29,932 bases of DNA. Origin: a virus. Its lineage: Duplodnaviria; Heunggongvirae; Uroviricota; Caudoviricetes. Where the stretch lies: positions 1 to 29,932 of the IMG/VR virus record IMGVR_UViG_640753024_000007. One strand, written 5' to 3'. Below the pieces are notes generated by a model that had not been told where the DNA came from, made no database searches, and worked only from the letters and a program-made list of their open reading frames with translations. A program made the translations under genes and the position numbers. This document shows, piece after piece, positions 16,968-26,380 of the stretch; the stretch's first letter is position 1; each line of letters starts with the position of its first letter.

Positions 16968-17707
16968 TTCAGCTGATAGCGACTTCATCATTCTCGTATC
17001 CAAAAGAACCAGGTAGGGTCAACGAAGATTCATTGCTTCCTCCCAAAATTGTAGGGGATGGCATCTTATTTGCCGTAGCTGATGGTGTAGGTTCATACAC
17101 TGGTGCCAGTCAGGCTTCATCAATGGCAATTGCTGAGCTTTCAGCATTGACAAGCTTATCTTTTGACACAGTTCCGGATGTATTTGATGAAGTTAAGCGA
17201 AAGGTTATGTCGTTAGCTGATGTTAATGATGAGTTCGATAAAGCTGCTACTACACTTACGTTTTGTTATGTTTGTGATAGCGGAATTATTATTGGTCATA
17301 TTGGTGATTGTCGTTTGTATTGCATTGGAGAGAAGAAAGCATACCAATTGACGAAGGACGATACCAGGCATCAGATGCTAATTGATCAGAATATTTTTAA
17401 ACCCAGAGATTTGAAGGATAAACCGGGCAAAAATATCTTAACGACGGCTATAGCCTCAAATGTTGATATGGAATACGACTGTGATTTTATCACATGGAAA
17501 GATTTACCTAGTATTAACGGGGTATATCATCTGTGTATCATGTCTGATGGGGTTCATAACGTTTGGGAAAAACGCCCCAGATTTACATCAAATACGATGA
17601 GTAATAGTCAGAAGTTTTCTAATGGCATTTTGCGTCGTATAGAGAGAGCCGGACCTGATGATGACTTTTCTTTAGTAAGTATAATGGTGCGTGTGACGTC
17701 AGATTAG
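16964..17707 (+). CDS. PP2C-family (PPM) Ser/Thr phosphatase
   Basis: ATGA overlap with the kinase stop; metal-binding motifs NEDS, AVADGVGS, GDCR and SDGV. Confidence 0.8.
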   Translation: MIQLIATSSFSYPKEPGRVNEDSLLPPKIVGDGILFAVADGVGSYTGASQASSMAIAELSALTSLSFDTVPDVFDEVKRKVMSLADVNDEFDKAATTLTFCYVCDSGIIIGHIGDCRLYCIGEKKAYQLTKDDTRHQMLIDQNIFKPRDLKDKPGKNILTTAIASNVDMEYDCDFITWKDLPSINGVYHLCIMSDGVHNVWEKRPRFTSNTMSNSQKFSNGILRRIERAGPDDDFSLVSIMVRVTSD

Positions 17708-17926
17708 TTGTATAAACTCAGTAGGGAATGCTAATTTCACATACAACATAGTTAAAGAAAACTTAATTTTAATGTAAAAAGGCTGCCCTCAGGCGGTCTT
17801 TTTATGCTCGAAAATTGATGCAGTACGTTAAACGCGCTGGTGGTTGCGAATACCGTTTTTTCAGCTTGCTGGCTTTTTAGACAAGAGTTATTGGTATGTC
17901 ACGTTAACCAGAAAAGGGAAAAAGAC

Positions 17927-18124
17927 ATGCTAAAACAGCAGGATATGACCGAAACCGCCAGAGTGGTGTTTAATGAATTAAGCGTCACCGAACCGGCGAC
18001 CGTCGGGGAAATTGCGCAGAATACTTACCTTTCACGCGAACGCTGCCAGTTAATACTGACTCAGCTTGTTATGGCGGGTCTGGCAGATTATCAGTTCGGT
18101 TGTTACAGACGCCTTCCTCAGTGA
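17927..18124 (+). CDS. Small hypothetical protein (65 aa)
   Basis: AAGGGA RBS before ATG 17927; followed by a terminator. Confidence 0.5.
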   Translation: MLKQQDMTETARVVFNELSVTEPATVGEIAQNTYLSRERCQLILTQLVMAGLADYQFGCYRRLPQ

Positions 18125-18133
18125 AGGTTTTTT
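18112..18133 (+). terminator. Intrinsic terminator overlapping the stop of the small gene
   Basis: CCTTC-ctcagt-GAAGG followed by TTTTTT. Confidence 0.5.
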
Positions 18134-18274
18134 AATTTGTGGTAATGGGCGGCTGGTGGGTGTTAGCGGCACCTGCCAGCCATCTGCTCATGCGTTGGGG
18201 TCACAAGCAAACCTCAGGCCCATCTGCTTTGCGCAAAAGCGGTATGAGCCTATCAGAGAAGTGCTTATTGATCT

Positions 18275-19321
18275 ATGGTTAATACTGTAAAAATATCCAG
18301 TTGTGAGTTAATCAACGCTGATTGCCTGGAATTTATCCAGACCTTACCGGAAAACTCTGTCGACCTGATAGTCACAGACCCGCCATACTTTAAAGTGAAG
18401 CCCGAGGGTTGGGATAACCAGTGGAAGGGCGACGATGATTACCTGAAATGGCTGGATCAGTGTCTGGCGCAATTCTGGCGGGTACTGAAACCTGCCGGAA
18501 GTCTCTACCTGTTCTGTGGTCATCGCCTGGCATCTGATATCGAAATCATGATGCGTCAGCGCTTTAATGTGCTGAACCACATTATCTGGGCGAAGCCGTC
18601 CGGACGCTGGAACGGATGCAACAAGGAAAGCCTGCGGGCGTATTTCCCGGCAACAGAACGCATTCTGTTTGCAGAACATTATCAGGGGCCATACCAGCCC
18701 AAAAATGACGGCTATGCGGCAAAGGGGCGCGAGCTAAAACAGCACGTCATGGCCCCGCTGATTTCTTACTTTCGTGATGCGCGTGAATCACTGGGAATAA
18801 CGTCAAAACAGATAGCGGAAGCCACCGGAAAGAAAAACATGGCTTCGCACTGGTTTGGTACCAGTCAGTGGCAGTTACCGAACGAGGGTGATTACAACAA
18901 ATTGCAGGAGTTGTTTGCGCGTGTTGCGGCAGAAAAACATCAGCGCGGGGAACTGGAAAAGCCACACCACCAGCTGGTCAGCACATACAGTGAACTGAAC
19001 CGGCAATATGCCAGCCTGCTGGCAGAGTACAAATCTTTACGGCGTTATTTTTCCGTATCGGCTGCTGTTCCTTATACGGATGTCTGGACGTACAAGCCAG
19101 TGCAGTATTATCCGGGCAAACATCCCTGTGAAAAACCAGCGGATATGTTACGTCAGATAATTACCGCCAGCAGTCGTCCGGGAGACTTGGTTGTCGACTT
19201 TTTTATGGGGTCAGGCTCCACAATTAAAGCCGCAATGACGCTGGGGCGTCGGGCAATTGGTGTGGAACTGGAAAAAGAGAGATTTAATCAAACTGTAACT
19301 GTAATAGAAAATAATCTTTAA
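18275..19321 (+). CDS. DNA methyltransferase (beta-class amino-MTase, DPPY motif; N6-adenine or N4-cytosine)
   Basis: Motif IV LIVTDPPYF lies N-terminal to motif I DFFMGSGST (beta-class order); no adjacent restriction endonuclease. Confidence 0.85.
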   Translation: MVNTVKISSCELINADCLEFIQTLPENSVDLIVTDPPYFKVKPEGWDNQWKGDDDYLKWLDQCLAQFWRVLKPAGSLYLFCGHRLASDIEIMMRQRFNVLNHIIWAKPSGRWNGCNKESLRAYFPATERILFAEHYQGPYQPKNDGYAAKGRELKQHVMAPLISYFRDARESLGITSKQIAEATGKKNMASHWFGTSQWQLPNEGDYNKLQELFARVAAEKHQRGELEKPHHQLVSTYSELNRQYASLLAEYKSLRRYFSVSAAVPYTDVWTYKPVQYYPGKHPCEKPADMLRQIITASSRPGDLVVDFFMGSGSTIKAAMTLGRRAIGVELEKERFNQTVTVIENNL

Positions 19322-19385
19322 ACACGCTTTCTTTTATTTATTAATTATTGAAACAATAAAAACATATGAGTATATATTACAAATA

Positions 19386-19416
19386 TTGACATTGATTTTT
19401 ATTGAAAAAATATCTT
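19386..19416 (+). promoter_or_regulatory. Candidate sigma70 promoter for the tRNA pair
   Basis: TTGACA at 19386-19391 with TATCTT/AATATC candidates 17-19 bp downstream, about 70 nt before the first tRNA. Confidence 0.35.
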
Positions 19417-19487
19417 ATCTCGTTAATATTCTCACCCGGTTCCGAGGGGGTATTGCTGGGGCATTTTATTTTTCTTGAGGAACCATT

Positions 19488-19563
<76 letters not shown>

Positions 19564-19566
19564 TAT

Positions 19567-19641
<75 letters not shown>

Positions 19642-19996
19642 TCATTATTCTGGCAACACGAATTATACAGCACTGGCGTGTTTTTTTACGTGGGGGCAGG
19701 TTGTTTTAAGACATCTTTGGTCCTCAGGCTATGGTTTAAGGTCGGTTATAGCCTCAGTGCTGATTTTTTACACCAATGGAATGGTGCATTATCGGTGGAG
19801 ATTTAGTATTTCCTGGCAGGGCTGATGATGCACTATCCCGGTGTTGTAAAAACACTACAGAGGTGTTCCTCAGTGCGAGGGTGGTTTAAAGAGTCGGTTT
19901 AGCGGGAAACCACAGTATCCTTGTGGGGCTGGATGCTTCGGGAGGCACCCGACACTTCTGAATACAATTAAATCATGCGTTTTTATATGCCATTAA

Positions 19997-20021
19997 CCGC
20001 CGCTCCAGGCGGTTTTTTTTT
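19997..20021 (+). terminator. Intrinsic terminator
   Basis: CCGCC-gctcca-GGCGG followed by T9. Confidence 0.7.
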
Positions 20022-20641
20022 ATTCAAAGTTCGGGGTTACAAGTGCTCGCTTCCACTACTTTGGTTTTTACAATTATAGTTTTTGGGAGAATCTTCATGG
20101 GGCGTGCTTCATCCTTTGCAATTCGCTGATCCTGGTGTATGAGACAATGAAGTCCATGCGGTAACGAAGGTCGGATATCTGCTCGGTTTTATTCTGGTAA
20201 TTTGGGGCCTTCGCTTTTTACGGATGCGGGCAGCACAAGGTTATTGGGGCGACGGCCATCATTGTTGCATTTGCAGGAGTTATTCTGAGTCCGACAAGAA
20301 TGTGCTGTTGAGTGCACGGTTGGCTGAAAGAAACTGCCACCTGAAGAATGGTGAACTTATTTAGTAGGGGATCCTGGATGAAATTGAACGGGATGATAAC
20401 TCCGAAATTAGTCCACTGAGGAATGCCTTATACAAGAGATCATGGATAACCCTCGGGCATTTACAGGAAGCAAACGCTACTTACTTCACTACCCCGGAGA
20501 AGTGGGGACTGTCAATATGACAGATAACAAAATCTGAAAATGAGTCTCTCCAGTTGAGAAATATACGATGAAGGAGCATTCTGTTCAGCGCAAAGTAATC
20601 CGTTTTGTGATGAATAATCTCGAGAGTCATTTTTCATTCCT

Positions 20642-20670
20642 GCCAGCCTCCCCAGAGCTGGCTTTTTTTT
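20642..20670 (+). terminator. Intrinsic terminator
   Basis: GCCAGC-ctccccaga-GCTGGC followed by T8. Confidence 0.7.
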
Positions 20671-20733
20671 GAGGCCTGTTCTGACGGGCTTTTTTGTATT
20701 CGCTCCACGTCCCATACATATCAAATCTGAATA

Positions 20734-20781
20734 ACACCACACAAAGGCATCTGCGGATGTCTTTGGTGTGGTGTTTTTTTT
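20734..20781 (+). terminator. Strong intrinsic terminator (long hairpin) followed by a second small GGCC hairpin with its own T-run
   Basis: ACACCACACAAAG...CTTTGGTGTGGTGT stem of about 13 bp followed by T8; then GGCC-gctggt-GGCC followed by T6. Confidence 0.7.
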
Positions 20782-20821
20782 GGGCCGCTGGTGGCCTTTT
20801 TTAATTTACAGGAGAAAAAGT

Positions 20822-21172
20822 ATGTCTGAACCCTTATCCGGTTCCGGCACAGCTGCTGCGCTCGGTGGGGCGACTGTTTTCGGGCTGTTTACCGGAACGG
20901 ATTTCGGGATTGTGTTTGGCGCATTTGCGGGGGCGTTGTTTGTTGCAACGATACCGCAGGCGCTTTCAGCATGGCGGGTGAAGGGGCTGCTGCATCACGG
21001 TCTGAAACTGAACCGTCTGGCTGAACGGGCGGCGCAGGATCTGTCATTCATGGAGCCGCCTCCCGCGCAGCCGGAAGAAAAAATCAGTTTAAGTATGCCG
21101 GGCGCAAAAGCACCGGAGACACCCCGTAAGAAAATACCGCTGCATATGAGGCTTGCAGGAGTGAGACGATGA
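20822..21172 (+). CDS. Hypothetical protein (117 aa) with N-terminal glycine-zipper hydrophobic segment; translationally coupled to gpW
   Basis: AGGAGA RBS; ATGA overlap with the W-like gene; occupies the position where lambda terminase large subunit would end. Confidence 0.5.
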   Translation: MSEPLSGSGTAAALGGATVFGLFTGTDFGIVFGAFAGALFVATIPQALSAWRVKGLLHHGLKLNRLAERAAQDLSFMEPPPAQPEEKISLSMPGAKAPETPRKKIPLHMRLAGVRR

Positions 21173-21420
21173 TGAATCCCCCCGGCGTGTTTGCCGGAAT
21201 GTCAAAAGAACAACTGAAGGCGGCACTGAATGAAGCTCAGGCGGCCTATATTGAGCTGCTTTCAGGGCGGCGTGGCGTGAGTTTCTCCTATGCACAGGGA
21301 GACGGCACGCGCACCGTGACTTATTCACAGGCCAGCAGTGCTGATTTGCTGGCGCTGATCGCGACGCTCCAGCGGGCGCTGGGGATAAGGACGAGAAGGT
21401 CTCTGAGCGTGCGTTACTGA
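21169..21420 (+). CDS. Head-tail joining protein, lambda gpW-like
   Basis: 83 aa; immediately precedes the portal gene; charged N-terminal helix and a GDGTRTVTYS segment recall lambda W. Confidence 0.6.
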   Translation: MMNPPGVFAGMSKEQLKAALNEAQAAYIELLSGRRGVSFSYAQGDGTRTVTYSQASSADLLALIATLQRALGIRTRRSLSVRY

Positions 21421-21428
21421 GGTGAGCG

Positions 21429-22511
21429 ATGATAGTCGATAAAAATGGCAGACCTTTTCCGCAACAGACGGAAAAAAAACGCGCACTGAATGACAGCGGG
21501 CGGATCCCCTACGACTCTGCCGGTTTCTCGCACGGTTCGGTGGTGGGCTGGAACCCGGTACTGTGGTCACCGGACAATGAAGTGAATATCTGGCGTAACC
21601 GTATGGTTGCCAGAATGCGCGACCTTGTCCGCAATGACGGCTGGGCGAATGGCAGTATCACCCGTCTGCTGGACAATGCCATGGGGGTGGTTTTTCGCCC
21701 GAGGATGAAGCCTGACTACCGGATGCTGGCAGAGATGACCGGCAACCGGGCATTTGATGCAGACTGGGCGGATGAGTACGGGCGCTGTGTGGAGGCACAC
21801 TGGCGCAACTGGGCCAGTGATGCCGGGTGTTACTGCGACCTTGAACGCAGACAGACCCTGCCGCAGCTTTTCCGGCTGGCATTCCGCCACAAGATGATCG
21901 ACGGCGATGCGCTGGCGGTCATCCACTGGCGACCGGACAGAATAGCCCCTGGTCGCGGGCGTTACGGTACGGTGGTACAGGTGATTGACCCCGACCGGCT
22001 GAGTAACCCGAACGATGCGTTTGACATGCCGCATATTCGTGGCGGTGTGGAAATTGACGCGGACGGGGTGCCGGTAGCCTATCACATCCGGTCCGCACAC
22101 ATGGGGGACTGGTGGAGCGGCAGTGACACGATGCACTGGGAACGCGTGCCGCGTGAAACGTCGTGGGGAAGGCCGGTGGTGGTGCATGACTTTGATCATG
22201 ACCGTGCGGGCCAGCATCGTGGTGTCGGTATTCTCAATCCCGTGGTTCAGCGTCTGAAAATGCTTATCAAGTACGACCAGGTGGAGCTGGAAGCCGCCAT
22301 CATCAATGCCATGTTCGGTTTTTTCATCACGTCGCCCTATGACCCGAAACTGACAGAAGATCTGATGAGTGACGCGGAGGTGATTAATGGCTACCAGGAT
22401 GCGCGCATGAAGTATCACGATACTAACCGGATTTCGATGTCGGGCGTGCGTATTCCCATCACGTTCCCCGGCGAAGAGCCAAAAGCCGTGAGCGCCGCCC
22501 GACCGAGGTGA
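21429..22511 (+). pseudogene. Portal protein (lambda gpB-like), 3'-truncated by deletion
   Basis: 360 aa versus about 530 for lambda B; recalled B motifs conserved (VRNDGWANG, CYCDLERRQT, DRLSNPN); ORF terminates where capsid-E homology begins in another frame. Confidence 0.75.
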
Positions 22512-22942
22512 TTTTCACGCCGTCAGCCTGGACAGCGTTCATGAACGACAGTTTCATTCGTGAGAACGCCATCAACATGCCCGCCCTGAACCCGACCAGC
22601 AACGTGGTGAACCCGGGGACGCAGATCAACACCGGTGCGGTGTACAAGGGCAGGTGGGGGAACTTCAACCTCTGGCTGTATAACGACTGGTTCATCGATC
22701 CGGATGACGGAACCGAAAAACCGATGCTGGATGACGGCAACGTCATTCTGACCGGGGCGGCCCTGATGGGGACCCGCGCGTTCGGCTGTATCATGGATCC
22801 GGCGTTTAATTACGGCCAGATGGCCTATGCCCCGAAAATGTGGGATCAGCAGGATCCGGCACAGCGTTTCCTGATGATGCAGTCGGCACCGATTGTCATC
22901 CCGTCCCGTGTCAATGCGTGCCTGTGCGCGTCGGTGGTGTGA
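22508..22942 (+). pseudogene. Major capsid protein (lambda gpE-like), C-terminal third only
   Basis: VIFTPSAWTAF, GTRAFGCIMD and FLMMQSAPIV resemble the C-terminal part of lambda E as I recall it; no N-terminal two-thirds present. Confidence 0.7.
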
Positions 22943-22943
22943 G

Positions 22944-23129
22944 ATGGCGTCCGGCAAAAAGGGCGCGCCGGTTGACTATGTTGTGCTGCGCGGTTGTGTG
23001 CAGCACAACGGACAACGGGTGGCGCAGGGTAATGTGATCACCCTGAGCGAAAGCGAGGCGCAGCGTCTTCTGCGTCTGGGGGTGATTGTTCCACTGGCGG
23101 AGATGAAGGGTGATGGCCGGACCGGTTGA
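22944..23129 (+). CDS. Small head-associated protein (61 aa), function unknown
   Basis: Lies between the capsid and FII-like genes; weak GGTG RBS. Confidence 0.4.
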   Translation: MASGKKGAPVDYVVLRGCVQHNGQRVAQGNVITLSESEAQRLLRLGVIVPLAEMKGDGRTG

Positions 23130-23445
23130 CTGGGACAAAAATCTGTTGTCCCCGTTGTTCGGGGTGTTTGGTGAGGAATGCGAACACCGCCCGCGTGGCG
23201 GTGAGGCGTACCGGCTGACCGGGATTTTTGACCGGGCGTACACGCAGCAGCTTGTCGGCGAGGACGGGGGCACGGAATCAAACTCCACGCTGCCCGTGCT
23301 GGGCGTGCGGGATGCGGCGTGTCGCGTGAAGCCGAAGCAGGGCGATATTTTCCTCATCGTGCGCACGGGGGAGCTGTATATCGTGCGGGATGTGCAACCG
23401 GACAGCCACGGCGGCACGCGACTTGAACTGAACAGGGTGAAGTGA
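23113..23445 (+). CDS. Head-tail connector, lambda gpFII-like
   Basis: GIFDRAY...RVKPKQGDIFLIVRTGELYIVRDVQPDSHGGTRLEL parallels the recalled lambda FII (GVFDDPEN...RRGDTLTIGEENFWVDRVSPDDGGSCHLWL). Confidence 0.6.
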   Translation: MAGPVDWDKNLLSPLFGVFGEECEHRPRGGEAYRLTGIFDRAYTQQLVGEDGGTESNSTLPVLGVRDAACRVKPKQGDIFLIVRTGELYIVRDVQPDSHGGTRLELNRVK

Positions 23446-23564
23446 TGAATACCGCAGAAGCCAGAAAAATTGTCACCCGGGCACTGAACGACTGTTCCGG
23501 TTTTGGCGGTCGGGTGTATTCCCCGCGCACCCTGCCGGTGATGCCGGACCAGTACAGGGGCTGA
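23445..23564 (+). pseudogene. 39-aa remnant, probable 5' fragment of a tail gene
   Basis: ATGA overlap with the FII-like stop; ORF stops after 39 codons where a baseplate-protein remnant begins in another frame. Confidence 0.35.
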
Positions 23565-23593
23565 GCAGTGCCACGGCGGCACTGAAGGCACGG

Positions 23594-23791
23594 GTGGAGA
23601 GTGCCATCAGCGAGGTGCTGTACAACGTGGGTGAACCGGACGGCAGCGGGGTGATTCACCTTTCAGACCTCTGGTACGCCATTGCGGACACAGAGGGGAC
23701 AGACGGGTTCATTCTGGTGTCTCCTGACAGCAACATCACGCTGTCGCAGGGAGAGCTGCCGGTGACCGGAACGATAACCTGGGCAACATGA
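23594..23791 (+). pseudogene. C-terminal remnant of a baseplate J-like protein (Mu gp47 / P2 gpJ family)
   Basis: No start codon upstream in frame; ATGA overlap with the downstream gp48-like gene, the Mu-type baseplate/tail-fiber gene order. Confidence 0.45.
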
Positions 23792-26334
23792 GGAACAGGA
23801 TGAGTCGTTTTTCACATGATGACTACACGCGCGCGATGCTGAACCTTCTGCCGTCAGGGATTGCCTGGAGCCGTCTGCCTGACAGCGTGCAGCACAGGCT
23901 GATACGCGGACTGGCACAGGCGTACCGGAAGAGTGACGCTGATGCGTGCGCACTGATAACGGGCGCCTTCCCGGAAACGGCGGATGCGCTCACTGATGAG
24001 TGGTATGCCTCGCTGGGGCTGAATGATGAATGCGGGACGCAGGCATCCACCACAGACCCGGCGCAGGCCAGAAAATTCATTCTGGCGAAACTGCTGTCGA
24101 CGGGCGGGCAGAGTGTGGCGTATTTCACGGAACTTGCGGCGACGATGGGGTACAGCATCAGTATCCGTGAGTACCGCACACCACTGTGCGGATTTTCGTG
24201 GAGCGGGCATCTGCTGAGTGACGACAACCGGTTTAACTGGACCGTGGTGGTGGCCCCGCCGGGGGATGAGGTGACCACCTCACGGGCGTACCTGGAGTGC
24301 CTGTTTCGTCGTTATGCCCCGGCGCATACGCTGGTGACGTTTGAGTGGCAGTCATCGTACAGCGCCGCCCTGAGCATTGCGTGGGACAACATCACACACG
24401 TTCTTTCCGGTGCGCTCACGGCAGATGAGGGGGTGGTGGTGTCGGGGGTGACGGTGAATGTTGTCATCAAATCCGCGTCGGGACAGCGGTATGTGGCGAC
24501 AGTGACAACGGACAGTGAAGGGCACTGGTCGTATGAAATGGAGGATGATGATTTTGCAAACGGCTGGTACAGCAGCACGGCTTACAACGACCTGGTCAGA
24601 CTACGTCAACTTCCGGCGGGACAAAAATCCTGTAGCTACCTTGCGAGTAATACCCCCAGTCTGGTGAGTATTGACAGCGGCGCATTCCGTTTTTGCAAAA
24701 ACGCTACGGCATTCGACAGTGCATTTTACCGGTGTAAAGGACTGACTGCGATACCTCCGGGGCTGTTTGCTGAGTGCGCCAGCGCCACGACGTTCTATCA
24801 GGCATTTTACGAATGTACGGGACTCACTGCAGTCGGTGACAGCGCGTTTGCCGGCTGCACAGGCGTAACGACTTTTCGTCAGGCGTTTTACGGCTGTACC
24901 GGGCTGAGAGCGGTGGGTGAGAGCGTGTTTGCCGGGTGCACCGGTGCCACGACGTTTGAGGATACCTTTTATGGTTGTACCGGACTGAGCACGGTGGGTA
25001 ACAGCGTGTTTGCCGGATGTGCCAGTGCCACAACGTTTTTGCAGGCCTTTTATGGCTGCCAGGCGCTGACATCATTAGGTCAGGGGATATTTGCAGACTG
25101 CACCGGGGTGACGACATTCCTCCAGGCTTTTTATAACTGCAGGGGACTGACGGCATTGCCGGAAGGGATGTTTGACAGCTGCACTGCCGTGACCACGTTC
25201 AGTAATGCCTTTTATGGCTGCACGGCTCTGACAGCAATACCGGAAGGGTTGTTTGACAGTTGTACCGGGGTGACGACATTCAACCGGACGTTTTATGGCT
25301 GCGCGGCCCTGACAGCGATACCGGCAAAATTGTTCGCAAACTGCACAGAGGTTGCGACGTTTGAGGGGGTGTTTTCGGGATGCTCGGGGCTGGTAACGAT
25401 ACCGGCAGGGTTATTTGAAAAACTCACCAGTGTCACGACGTTTGACAGCGCGTTTTACGGGTGCAGGGCACTGACAACAGTGGGTGACAGAGTATTTGCT
25501 GGTTGTACAGGTACCACAACATTCGCAAGCGTATTTGAAGGTTGCACCGGACTGGTCACGATACCGGCTGACGTGTTTGCTGGTTGTTCGGGTGTCAGAT
25601 CGTTTTACCGGTCGTTTTTTGGGTGTACAGGACTGGCAATGGTCCCCCCGGAATTGTTTGCAGATTGTACCGGAGCCACGACGTTCTATACGACATTTTA
25701 CCGTTGTACCCGTCTGTCGGAAGTTCCTGCAGAGTTGTTTTCCGGTTGTACCGGAGCAAAGTCTTTCTATAAGACTTTTGGCGAATGTACCGGGTTGTCG
25801 GAGGTACCGGCCAGATTATTTGCAGATTGCACCGGTGCCACGACGTTTGAGGGGGTGTTTTCGGGATGCCGGGGGCTGACAACGATACCTGCAGGGTTGT
25901 TCGCTAACAGCGCCAGTGTCACCACTTTCTTTCAGGCGTTTTACGAATGCACGGGCCTGACCGCGATACCGTCAGGATTGTTTGCAGACTGTGTAAGTGT
26001 GACAACCTTCAGGCAGACCTTTTACGGTTGTTCCGGGCTGAGATCGATGGGCGACGGCGTGTTTGCGGGGTGCGCCAGTGCGACGACGTTTGAGGGCACC
26101 TTTTACGGTTGCACAGGGCTGGAAAGTGATGTGAATGACATCCTCCCGGCGGAGGAGTACCCGCAAATAACCAGTGTGTACAGTTGTTTTTACAACTGCC
26201 GCTCATTGCAGGGAAGCGGATGTGCGCTCATTGAGAAGTTGCCTGGCGTGACGAGTTACGCGGATGCGTTTTATAACTGCGTATCCCTGAGCGATTTCAG
26301 GACCTTGTCTGAGCGTTATCCAGTCTGGGTTTAA
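23788..26334 (+). CDS. Tail protein: N-terminal Mu gp48/YmfQ-like domain (DUF2313) fused to about 19 tandem 27-aa Cys-containing LRR-like repeats
   Basis: N-terminus DDYTRAMLNLLPSGIAWSR typical of the gp48/YmfQ family; repeats of consensus AFYGCTGLTAIPxGLFAxCTGVTTFxx from about residue 295 to 790. Confidence 0.75.
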   Translation: MRNRMSRFSHDDYTRAMLNLLPSGIAWSRLPDSVQHRLIRGLAQAYRKSDADACALITGAFPETADALTDEWYASLGLNDECGTQASTTDPAQARKFILAKLLSTGGQSVAYFTELAATMGYSISIREYRTPLCGFSWSGHLLSDDNRFNWTVVVAPPGDEVTTSRAYLECLFRRYAPAHTLVTFEWQSSYSAALSIAWDNITHVLSGALTADEGVVVSGVTVNVVIKSASGQRYVATVTTDSEGHWSYEMEDDDFANGWYSSTAYNDLVRLRQLPAGQKSCSYLASNTPSLVSIDSGAFRFCKNATAFDSAFYRCKGLTAIPPGLFAECASATTFYQAFYECTGLTAVGDSAFAGCTGVTTFRQAFYGCTGLRAVGESVFAGCTGATTFEDTFYGCTGLSTVGNSVFAGCASATTFLQAFYGCQALTSLGQGIFADCTGVTTFLQAFYNCRGLTALPEGMFDSCTAVTTFSNAFYGCTALTAIPEGLFDSCTGVTTFNRTFYGCAALTAIPAKLFANCTEVATFEGVFSGCSGLVTIPAGLFEKLTSVTTFDSAFYGCRALTTVGDRVFAGCTGTTTFASVFEGCTGLVTIPADVFAGCSGVRSFYRSFFGCTGLAMVPPELFADCTGATTFYTTFYRCTRLSEVPAELFSGCTGAKSFYKTFGECTGLSEVPARLFADCTGATTFEGVFSGCRGLTTIPAGLFANSASVTTFFQAFYECTGLTAIPSGLFADCVSVTTFRQTFYGCSGLRSMGDGVFAGCASATTFEGTFYGCTGLESDVNDILPAEEYPQITSVYSCFYNCRSLQGSGCALIEKLPGVTSYADAFYNCVSLSDFRTLSERYPVWV
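24670..26160 (+). repeat. In-frame 81-bp tandem repeat array (about 19 units) inside the tail protein gene
   Basis: Periodic recurrence of ...TTTTA(C/T)GG(C/T)TG(C/T)AC(C/G)GG... every 81 nt; translated repeats each carry two Cys. Confidence 0.8.
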
Positions 26335-26380
26335 TAACAGGAGGATCCCGCCGCTCCGGTGGCGGGGTAAGGAGATATGC

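Noticed and set aside
21567-23953. Multiple long minus-strand ORFs across the head-gene region
   Set aside because: They are antisense to genes with recognisable portal, capsid and FII homology; the local high GC content produces long spurious open frames
24670-26160. Possible CRISPR array, suggested by regular 81-bp periodicity
   Set aside because: The repeats are imperfect, have no unique spacers and sit in frame within a long ORF where they encode a protein repeat
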